From: Eledone cirrhosa
Lineage: Eukaryota
DNA length: 64,000 bases
Direction of reading: 5' to 3'
Assembly: GCA_964016885.1 (NCBI GenBank)
Contig: OZ024740.1
Coordinates: forward strand, 349,246,001 to 349,310,000
Shown here: piece by piece, positions 1-12,061 of the stretch
How positions within the stretch are numbered: position 1 is the stretch's first letter
How the letters are laid out: every line of letters begins with the position of its first letter
Translations under genes and position numbers: made by a program
Notes under the pieces: generated by a model
What the model saw: only the letters and a program-made list of their open reading frames with translations
The model's database searches: none
What the model was told of the DNA's origin: nothing

Positions 1-92
1 TTTGTTAAACTTTCTTTACCCATAACTATGTATTACTACATAACTACATAAAGGAATATATGAGATAATAATATTAATTAATCGTTACTTAC

Positions 93-107
93 ATTAGTTA
101 TCTTCAT
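93..107 (-). CDS. IL17: Coding exon 1 (MKITN) of an IL-17-like gene whose exon 2 lies left of the window (copy 0)
   Basis: Reverse complement reads ATG AAG ATA ACT AAT|GTAAGT, in the same promoter/intron context as the complete minus-strand copies at 29760-29774 and 48486-48500. Confidence 0.75.
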
Positions 108-877
108 TATATTGGTGTGTTCACTTGGAAATGGAAAATATGAAGGAAACAGTAAGATATTTTACAAACGAGACGTGTATTTGTTCAGTTCTCAAAGTGA
201 TAAACTTTTGTAATTAAATAATTCGTGATATTATTTACTTATATACACGAGGGACCGGTAGCGGAATTGACATCAAACGTTAGTCATAATGTAGTGGGAA
301 TAATGGAAGTCATTTATAAATATATAGAGACGGAACTATCAACTATACGGGAAAGTTTACATCCGATGAAGTAAAGTAGAAGTACTTATATCTTTTATTG
401 GAAATATACATATTTATAGTATCCCGCATAAATAATGTCCAATATATTATGTTATCAGCTAAAATAACAGATTAACATGTATATATATTATTTGTTCATT
501 CTATATCGTAACCTGCAAAATGTGTTTTTCTGTGTTTTGGTCACCGTATATTTGTTGATAGCATTATTCCATTTATATATCCGTATTCTAACATAGACAG
601 AAGGCTTCAACTTCATGGAAAGGAAGCAGTCAATTACATCGTCACATGGAATGTAGTAGTTGCCACTTTAATTCCTTGGCTCCGGAAGCACTGTAAATAA
701 TAGGGAACTTAGTCGGAGATATTTTCAAACATGAACGGACTATATAAATATTGTAAGGCATTATATCTGAGACTCTAAGGATTCTACCAAGTAATAATAT
801 GCCATATATTTAGATGGTAGACAGAGAGATTTTTGCGGCGTCAGAATGTTTTATCTGGTAATTATCTGGGAAATAAT

Positions 878-1065
878 TCTTTCTACATTTGGAACAAGGC
901 CAGCAATAAACCAGTGCATTACTGGTACTTTATTTTATCGATCCCGTAAGGATGAAAGGCAAAGTTAACCTCGGCGGGATTTGAACTCAGAATGGCAAAG
1001 GACGTTACTCTATGCGTCAAAGCATGGCGTCCGACCCTCTACCGATACCGCCAATCCACCAACCC
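878..1065 (-). mobile_element. tRNA-derived SINE with Nin-like domain (copies at ~30559-30747 and ~49285-49473)
   Basis: B-box GTTCAAATCC and cctttcatccttacggg.tcgataaaataaagtaccag core on the minus strand; 18-bp TSD aattatctgggaaataat at 860-877 and 1066-1083. Confidence 0.8.
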
Positions 1066-2249
1066 AATTATCTGGGAAATAATGTTCTAGTTTCAGATAA
1101 GATTAATCCTAATTTTCATTTTTATTCTTACGGCATCGATAATAATCTATATTATTTGTCAGGGTTCGCCTTCATTAACTATATCTTCCCCGAATGTATT
1201 TTGTTTGGGGCCAGTGAGAGAATTCAAATATATTTCGGTCGAACGTTTTATGTGTTCTAGAAATGCTGCGCTATACTATGTGCATATTTTGCTAAACCGA
1301 TATATTGTATGTGTCGTTATAATTATTTCAATTGTGACTGAATTAAAGTCAAGCTCCAGTTTAATTGTCGACCAGATATCTATGCTAATTCTACAAATCG
1401 AATACTCTAGTTATATCACACCTGCGGTCTTTGAGGAAGCACATAGTATACGCAGCCCCTCTTTGTGATATACTTCATGTTCATTATGAGGAAAAGCATA
1501 TCACATAATGTATGCCAAAGTAATATCGCAGAAACAAGTTTAGTTTAGAAACAAGAGATATTTTGCAGGACATTATTTCAATGTCGGTAATAAATACCAA
1601 TGATGTTCCTGGAAACAGTCGTGGCTCTATGGTCAAAACGTGAACGTTTCAACAATATTTCTCAGGATTTTGGTCACCACACTTGAAATATTATGCTAGG
1701 CACGAGACTCTACTATATAACGTAGATTTTAATTTTCATGTATAATTTGTGTATGCAGTTTATTTATATATGTATGTGTATATTTAAATTTAGATGAATT
1801 CATATACTTTTAAAAGGATGACCACATATAGGCTTGTATTTTCTCCAATATACTTCAAATAGATAATATAAAAAAGAATTACGTAGGAGAGTAATATCGA
1901 ACATAAAAGATAATCCTAGAAGAAAAACAGGAGAAAAGAAGATGGAAGGAACGTTTTACACTGTACGTTTTGCCAATACCTTGTTCTAAAAGCAAGCAGG
2001 GGCTCCGTTTGAAGTTGGAGGCCTTGCATAAAAAAGGGGCCAAATTCAGAAAAGTGGCTTTGTTTAAATGGTATTCTTGATCTGTAGCCTTCCGCTCCTC
2101 GACTCACTATAAAACAGGTCACAAGTACTGACCAATATATTTACATACAAATATTTGCCGAAATATAAATATATAAATATCTAGCATTTTTATTTAAACT
2201 AGGTTTTAAATGTCGCTATTTTCAAAATGAGACAATCACTGAAATTTGT

Positions 2250-2620
2250 ATTCCGACTTGAATACACGTGCTCTATTGGAAATATATGAATACAATATAT
2301 CCAGGCACGATCTTACTCAATATCACAGGGCAAAGCTTGTGCAAGAATACTTTTAGTTGTTAAAGAACACAGCACTAGGATAATCTGGAAATAAACTTGT
2401 CGGACATATCTTTGAATATTGATGGTATACATAATGTAAATATTTACAGACAAACAACCATCCTGTGCAAACACATGATGGTTGTTTGGAGTAAAGACAT
2501 TTTACAGGAATATTGCCAGGCTTATATAACCAACAGGTCTGGCATGTCCATATGGTTTTCATGGCAAACGATGAATAAGAATTATACATTAATGGTGGAA
2601 TCTATGGCTTGAAATAAGTG
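2250..2620. repeat. Unclassified repeat; diverged inverted homologs at ~41345-41725 and ~59950-60330
   Basis: aagaacacagcactaggataatctggaaataaacttgt is the reverse-complement homolog of acaagtttatttcctgattattctagtgttgtgttctt. Confidence 0.6.
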
Positions 2621-2624
2621 GAGG

Positions 2625-3443
<819 letters not shown>

Positions 3444-4572
3444 TTAGTAAATAATATACAGATTATACAGCATTATCGATCCTGTATGTATACTGCCATA
3501 TATATCCTATAAAATATGATTTGTGTATGCAATTTTATTCATATGTGCATGTGTATTGATAAATTTACATGAATTCATATACTTTCAAATGGATGGCTCA
3601 CGACACGAATGCCTTAAATAGAATAACGTAGAACAAGAATACAAATACATAATTGATAATACGAGAAGAAAGCGAGAAGAAAGAAAGAAAGAAGAAAAGG
3701 TTTACCCTGTATGTTTTGCTAAGCTCTCGTACTTAAAAGCCAACGGCGCTCTGTTTGAAGTTTGGGGGCTTGCGAGAATATGGGGCCACATATAAAAAGA
3801 TTAGCCTGTTTTAAAAGGGGAATTTGGACATTAGAGCAGCCCATCCGAATCCCGATAAATCCGGCCCTTATTTTTTATCAATATATTAACATACAAATAT
3901 TTGCTTGATTACTAATATGCATATTTATGTCGGTAAAATAGCTATATAAATATCTAGTAAATAATTACGGATATTTGTTAAAACCAGATTTAAATGTGGC
4001 TAGTTTCAAAATTGAGCCATTTGTCTGTTGTTGTTTCTTATCATACAAGTGTAGAATTTCAAACATTATGTCTCTGTGTATGCTATGTATGCTGTCTAAA
4101 GCTTGTCTAATGTCAACAAGAAATAGAGCCAAAGTGTTTCTTCTCTGTACAACTGAAATTGAACTAGTTTACTGAAAAGCGAAATGACTCAAAGCATAAA
4201 AGAACTCGATGAGGCGTACACAACTGCTCTTGCAGAGTATGTAAAAAAAAGCACGCAGACTCATGGGCTCTAGTCAACGAAAGAACTGGTAGAAAAAAAG
4301 AAGCCTGCACCCATCATCAATGAGGCTCCCAAGAAGCTGGGTAAAAGAGCTTGACTAAACACTTCAAGTGAGTATTGGTACAACCTTCCACTATAGAAGA
4401 GGATCTCCAAAAGTTTGCGGTATAAACAGAACACGGTATCTCCACTGGACTTTTCACTTTGAGTGAGATCAACCAGGTGATCAAAACACTTGAAAACAAG
4501 AAATTAATGGTTATACCTTTGTTATCGATTTTGTCAACTGAGAATCTTTGAGCATTATCTAGTGCAATGATA

Positions 4573-4718
4573 AAATTTACCTCGGCGGGATTTGAACTTT
4601 ATGGTCTAAGTTCAAATCCCGCCGAGGTTAACTTTGCCTTTCAACCTTACGGGGTCGATAAAATAAAGTACCGGTAATGTAGTGGGTCATTGCTGGCCTT
4701 GTGCTAAAAGTATAAATA
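4573..4718 (+). mobile_element. 5'-inverted SINE inserted in a LINE fragment (copies ~14400-14525, ~33884-34029, ~52624-52770)
   Basis: 19-bp TSD attatctagtgcaatgata (4554-4572, 4719-4737); 21-bp hairpin stem at 4579-4628; Nin-like core. Confidence 0.8.
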
Positions 4719-5524
4719 ATTATCTAGTGCAATGATATTAAAGATTAATGGGGCAAGAGTGTCACCCTGCAGCATATTCCTGTGAAATGTATATTGGAGA
4801 AAATGCAAGCGTGTCTTGGGTCATCCTTTTAAAAGTATATGAATTCATGTAAATTAATATATACCCATATATATATAAATAACACTGCATACACAAATTT
4901 TACATGAAAATTTAAATCTACGTTTTATAGTAGATTCTCATACCTAGCATAATGTCTCAAGTGTGGTGACCAAAATCCTGAATAATATTATTGCAATGTT
5001 CATGTTTTGACCATGGTGCCACGACTGTTTCCGGGAACATCGTTGCTATTTATTACCGATTTATTCGATTTGTAGATTTCACAAAGATTTCTGACGTAGC
5101 AAAATATGCACAGCATTTCTAGAACCCTTAAAACGTTCGATCGAAATATATTTGAATTATCTCATTGGCCCGCATAACATATATTGAGGGAAGCTATAGT
5201 CAATAAAGTCGTTCCCTGACAAATAATATAGATTATCGATACCATATGAGTAAAAGAGAAGATTAGGACTAACCTAATCTGAAACTGGAACATTATTTCC
5301 TGTAAATTATTACCAGATAAAACAGTCTAACGCCGCAAATATCTCTCTGTCTACCATTTCAATATATGGCATGATATACACTTGGGAGAATCCGTAGGGA
5401 CTCAGATATAATACCTTAAAATATCTTATACGGTGCATACATATTTGAAAGAAAGCCCGACTAAGTTCTATGTTGTTTACACTATTTGTACAGGATACTA
5501 TAAATATGTATATTTCCAATAAAT

Positions 5525-5705
5525 GATATAAGTACTTCTACTTTACCTCATCGGATGTAAACTTTCCCGTATTGTTGTTACTTCCGCCTGTATGAAATTA
5601 TAAATGTTTTCAATAATTTGCATTACATTATGACTAACCTTTGATGTCAATTCCGCTACCGGTCCTTCATATATATATATAAGTCCTTTCACCATTGGTT
5701 TCATT
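5525..5705 (+). promoter_or_regulatory. Putative IL-17-like core/proximal promoter (also upstream of every other copy)
   Basis: TATATAAG at 5676-5683, about 125 bp before the ATG; TGACTAA (AP-1-like) at 5631; TGATGTCA (ATF/CRE-like) at 5642; CGGATGTAAACTTTCCC at 5552-5568. These blocks stay near-identical between the otherwise diverged + and - copies. Confidence 0.55.
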
Positions 5706-5807
5706 ACAAACGTTTATCACTTTGGGAACTGAACAAACACACGTCTCGTTTGTAAAATATCTCACGGTTTCTTCATATTTTCTATTCCAAGTTAACAAAC
5801 CAATATA

Positions 5808-7874
5808 ATGAAGATAACTAATGTAAGTAACGATTAATTAATATTACTATCTCATATATTATTTTATGTAGTTATGTGGTTATACTTAGATATGTGTACT
5901 CATGAGGTAAAATTTAACAAAAATGCTATTTACTCTAAATAACGTAAATTGGCACTTGTCATTATCTATGAGGATATATATAATATCAGAGATACCATTG
6001 CACCCCAGTAGGATCTCTTGTCTTTTTACCTCACTGCAGATTACTATTAGATGTTCAATTTATATTAATGTAGGTTTATGTTGGGTTATGTAATGTATTT
6101 TTCACTGTGAGTTAATATATTGTTAAAACTATTATCTACGTTATCAGAAGAATTAGCTTTACCTGAACATTTCAGAGATGAGATGCAGTAAGAATTGAAC
6201 TGGGATAACACGTAACATATGTAACTTATAATAATGGTAATGCTAGCCTCAAAAAACAGATACATCTATTGTAGTTAAATACGATACTAGTATTATGAGG
6301 TTCTAAACTAATCATAGAAATAATAAATATACTGAAACTATTGTAACAGGTTAGTTAGGTTCTAAATGTTACATTGGTAAAATGTATTGCAGAATTATAT
6401 CACTGATAGCATCCTATCGATTGGTAATTTATGTATGAAATTAGAAATTATGCTCTTATACAGTATTGAATCTTTCTATTTTCCTCTCTTTCTTTCTTCT
6501 TTTCTTTCCTATCCATAACTTACAGTGTATTCTGGGACATATTTTAACTTTAAGAAGAGCCTATCTAATAACTTGGTCTGATCACATACAATGTTTTCCA
6601 TAGAATGTGAGACATTGATGTGATACGAAGTGAGATAAAAATGTGAGGAAAGTATCTACAGCAGTACTGGACCGGTATTGATTTATCGAAAGCGTGAAAG
6701 GAATAATAGAGTACCGAATCGAAGATCTTAAAGCAATCTTGGAGATGTTCTAAACTCTCAGCCAGTATAGTATATATATTGGACTATATAACTGTATATA
6801 TAATGTCACCATTCCACTCAACTAATTCGAAACAAGTAGAAATATTTATATGGATAAATAATTATACAGAGACATTACTTTAACACTGCAACTCCGAGTT
6901 ATAAATTTACTAATGAATGAGATGATCTAAAGATATTTGTTTCATGAGTGAGTGTATTATTTCCTCTAAAATGTTACATGAAGGTTCTAAAACTACGGGG
7001 AACATACCACTTTGTTATGTAGCACTAGTAAACCTACTGGCAGTAATATCATTAATCGATTTCCTCTCTCGTTATAATACTTCCATCGCACATCTCTCAT
7101 ATATTTTTCTATAAATATATGCATTTTATTCATATACTCACTGTACAGAAACGTTTTCGTATCACATTACCTGACATCATTCATGATCATACGTCTAGCA
7201 CACTATAGTAAATAAATATCTGTGGCATTGATTTCTATGTATTATGATTTAATTCTAAAGTATACAGCTATTTTCTGATTTGTTTATCTGAATAAGTGTC
7301 ACATTAAAACTATGAAGCACTCTTTGATATAATATTTTATATATTGCAGGTTCTCGTACAGATTGTCATTCTTCTCGTCAACTATATCTTAATTGTGACT
7401 TCGGCACCCATCCAGATCCAATGTGAAATACCAACTGACCTAAAAGACCAATACGAGTGTTTATCTAGTGAAGACATCGGCAATAAATTCTTTCTACATG
7501 CTGAAATGGCTCCAGCAGTAAATAACGATACAACACTGTCACGAGAGAATGAAACAAGTACAACACCTGCTGTTTCTTCTGATCTCGTCCATGAACGTTC
7601 AATTTGTCCTTGGAACCTGAAGATTATCCATGATTCAACAGTCTTCCCTCCATCACGTACAGAAGTAGTGTGTCGTGGGGATAATGTTGAGTTCCCCGAC
7701 AAAAATCACCAATGTGAGTCAGTATATACTAAAATGACAGTCCTCAATCATACAGGTACATGTGATAATGGACTTTATGTGTATAGTCCAATTGTAATAA
7801 ATGTGGCAACATCCTGCGTTTATGCACGGAAAGTTGATGTGATAACTAAGGGAAATAACGAGTATGAGGAATAA
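5808..7874 (+). CDS. IL17: Interleukin-17-like secreted cytokine, copy 1 (exons 5808-5822, 7350-7874; 179 aa)
   Basis: Hydrophobic signal peptide (VLVQIVILLVNYILIVTS-AP) and invertebrate IL-17 motifs RSICPW, FPP..EVVC, CxxVYxKMxVL, CxNGxYxY, VAxSCV. Exon 2 follows a ttgcag acceptor; phase-0 GTAAGT donor after ATGAAGATAACTAAT. Confidence 0.88.
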
Positions 7875-7974
7875 AAGCAGTCATATTGAAAATTATAAAA
7901 CTGCGTTGTAACGCAAAATGTATTCATGATATGAAACATTCAGTTGACCACCATGTGGTTTTTGTTATATATAT

Positions 7975-8046
<72 letters not shown>

Positions 8047-8284
8047 CCCCATATATCCTATATGCTTATCGTTTATTCTATTTCTTTCAATCTTAATTTT
8101 TACATTTTAAACATCACTGTTTCAAGCTTTACTATTCTTTACTATTTAATCTTAAATTAAAGGACTTTGTAATACATATTATATATATATTGTGATAATC
8201 GTTATATTGAAAATTTATATTTTTATGAGAATATACATACACTATATATTAATTGGTTTATAAAATAATTGTATTTTTATATTT

Positions 8285-8290
8285 AATAAA
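8285..8290 (+). terminator. Putative polyadenylation signal of copy 1 (equivalents in copies 2, 4, 6)
   Basis: AATAAA about 410 bp after the stop, followed by a T/GT-rich tract; AU-rich UTR with several ATTTA. Confidence 0.5.
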
Positions 8291-8628
8291 GTTTGGTAAA
8301 AAATGTTCGTCTTTGATCTTTTCTTTCTTTAATTTCTCTAAACTGACCAAGACATTTATTGATTATGTTAATATTCAGGTAAAATGTTACATTGTCAGCT
8401 GTGACATTGAGAGGTTGATCCCGTGATTTTTGTTCAGTCAGTGTATATACATATTTATTAATAATAATCTGCCTGAGTGATAATAATAGTTACAACAAAT
8501 TCCATATGAATTAATCTTTTCATCTATCTGCCTATCTGTACATCAATCTATCTATTATTCTATCTGTCTTTATATCTATACAAATGTGTGTCATTATGTA
8601 TGCTTTTGTGTGGAGAAATATACATAAT

Positions 8629-8700
<72 letters not shown>

Positions 8701-9542
8701 TCATATATGTATCTATATCTATACCAATATATATCTCCTTATAATATATAATCAGCTATTTCTCTGTCTGTCTGTCCGACAGTGGAAACACGTGCGCGCG
8801 TGGATGCTATCTCTCTCTCTCTCCAGCTATCCCTCTCTTTTAGTCTGTCTGTTTCTCTCACTCTCACTCTTTCTCTTTGTAACACACTAACATTCCTCCC
8901 CTCTATCGCTGTGACGAATGGGGAGATGGAGGAGGAGGAGGAGGAAGAGAGAGTCACTTCGTCACTTCACCTCTGCCTTTCTTTCTCTCCCCTCTCACTC
9001 CCTGTCGTCGACCACTGATTCCAACAACCAGCGTTCTAGGCCAGCACGTTACACCTGCGTTCCCAACCATGGCACGCGCGACCTTGGAGTAGTTACTATG
9101 GAGATCTAGCCAGACACAGCCGAGTTCTTTGAATTTACAGACGACAACTTTAAGACTGGTTTTTGTGTTTTAACCAACTCACTGGGGCTGAGCATATAAT
9201 ATATATATGTGTGTGTGTGTTATATGTGTGTGTATGCGGGTGTGTGTGTGTATTATATGTGTGTGTGTTATATGTGTGTGTGTATGTATGTGTGTATGTG
9301 TGTGCGTGTGTGTGTTATATATGTGTGTGTGTGTTATATGTGTGTGTGTATGTGTGTGCGTGTGTGTGTTTTATATATGGGTGTGTGTTATATGTGTGTG
9401 TCTGTGTATATATAATATATATATATTATATATGTATATTATGTGTGTCTCTCTATATATATACATATATATAGGTTTAAGTGTGTATGTGCGTGTGTAT
9501 GTGTGTGTTAACGTGTGTGCATATGTGGTTGCCTTAACGTGT

Positions 9543-10345
<803 letters not shown>

Positions 10346-10371
10346 GTGTACCTGTATGCATACATACTTAC

Positions 10372-10455
<84 letters not shown>

Positions 10456-10457
10456 AA

Positions 10458-10652
10458 AACAAAGAAAGTGTGGTAAGGAACCAGGTGGACCATAACGCAC
10501 CAGAGTACTCGATACTTAGGGTAGTAGACTGGGTAAAAGGAAAAGAGTCGGGACCCCAACGGATGAGCTCCGGCCGTTCGACAGCTAGATCCGAACGGAT
10601 CTAGCTGTCGAAACGGCCGGAGCTCAGCCGTCAGGGTCCCGACTCTTTTCCT
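10458..10652 (-). mobile_element. ~190-bp fold-back element in (TA)n
   Basis: Imperfect palindrome at 10538-10652; the unique arm is homologous (reverse complement) to 62314-62391. Confidence 0.7.
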
Positions 10653-10764
10653 ATATACATATATATAATTGGTTTGGGATGCTTAAAGCGTCCGTAAGCG
10701 GTAGGCCGTTTGAGCACTCGATGCTCTTACAGAGCAGAGTTCTTATGTGATATATATATATATA

Positions 10765-11433
10765 TATGTAACCCATTAGCAACCCCGCAGCACGTTTTTC
10801 TCATATTTACACATATTTTTTCCCCGCTGTTACACGTCTATTTCGTTCTTACTGCTTCCTCTTTCTCTGTATCTTTACCCTCTCTAGCAGTCACTCTCTC
10901 TGTTAGCCTCTTCCTCACCCTTCACTCACTCATTCTCTGTTACTACCTCTCCTCCTCCTCCTTCTTCCCGTTTGACCTGTGCGTAATTCTTTTCTTTCGC
11001 ACCCTTGGTCTGGCAGGTCGCTTTTTTTCTCTCTCTCGTCTACGATTTCACAGAACATACATTCACCGAAATCACAGACTAGATCCCTTCTTCCTCCCGT
11101 TAGACCTGTAAGGAATTCCTTCCTTGCTTACATTCCAACCAGGTTTGATGGTCTTTATTCTCTCTCGTTCACGATTTCACCGAATTTAAATTCATAGATT
11201 TGGGACTTGACTCCTTCTTCCTCACTTTTTGTTGCTTCACCATTTTTGTTTGTTTACACTCGTGTCCCCTTTATTTACGTGTCCCAACGACTTTTTTTAG
11301 CCGTTGCTCGCACCAACCGGAGGTATATGGTCTTTAAAGCGATGAAATACCAATGATGGTTGGAAGATCACTGATGAAGGACTAACTTTATTCATATGTA
11401 ACCCATTAGCAACCCAGCAGCACGTTTTTCTCA

Positions 11434-11438
<5 letters not shown>
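10765..11438. repeat. Pyrimidine-rich insertion bounded by ~45-bp direct repeats (possible Penelope pLTR remnant)
   Basis: atatgtaacccattagcaaccc..cagcacgtttttctcatattta at both ends, (TA)n flanks; unique to the first unit. Confidence 0.45.
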
Positions 11439-11470
<32 letters not shown>

Positions 11471-11509
11471 TATATATACCGCGATAAATTAACGGAGCCA
11501 TAGACTCTC

Positions 11510-12028
11510 GTCTATTTATATATATAACCAGCAATTTCTCTGTCTGTCTGTCCGACAGTGGAAACACGTGCGTAGAGAGAGAGTGAGAGTGAAAGAAAGA
11601 GACAGGCTACGAGAGGGGGATAGCGGGAGGGAGAGAGGGAGAGAGAGAGAGAGAGTGAATAGACGCTAAAGCACGTGCTACAGAAACATTACCTTCCCCT
11701 CTCCACTGACTTTGGTCACTGAGGCCGAGGGAATCGCGCTGAGCGCATCATAATGACGTAGACAGCCAGACATACAGACAGATATTATAAGGGCGCAACG
11801 TTATATCTATGTATCTATCTAAAAAGAAAGACTAAGAGTTATATAGAGAGAACGCTAAATCGCCTAATGCGGTCCCTAAGGCATTGAAAATTTAAAATAA
11901 TTTTTGCTCAAAACACTCACAGGACCATAAGTATTACATGTCTAAAGTTTGAAAACAATCGGTTGGATGGTTCTCAAGTTTTAGTGAGCTGACAGACAGA
12001 CAGACATTCACTGTTTTAGATATATAGA
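11510..12028. mobile_element. Composite Helitron-like fragments (copies ~39474-39988, ~58132-58645)
   Basis: 11755-12028 is a diverged inverted copy of 12062-12355. 11510 starts with a second 5' end (tcta.ttatatatataaccagc), also seen at ~8735, 38277 and 56948. Confidence 0.55.
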
Positions 12029-12061
12029 CTAGCAGAAAACCGCCCCCGGGTTTTCTGCTAG

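Noticed and set aside
1012-1468. Short ORFs recurring in each unit (also 3075, 3975, 4317, 5310)
   Set aside because: They overlap SINE, Helitron, LINE or AT-rich spacer DNA and are not open in the diverged inverted arm.
6944-6953. ATGA|GTGAGT as an alternative first exon
   Set aside because: Phase 1 does not fit the phase-0 acceptor, and the GT is GC in the minus copies.
7382-7702. 106-aa antisense ORF repeated in each IL-17 copy
   Set aside because: Shadow of exon 2; starts at a non-ATG codon, truncated to 85 aa in copies 3/5, no recognisable motif.
8918-9109. Arg-rich 63-aa ORF conserved in three units
   Set aside because: Arises from (GGA)n inside a Helitron-like repeat; conservation reflects recent duplication.
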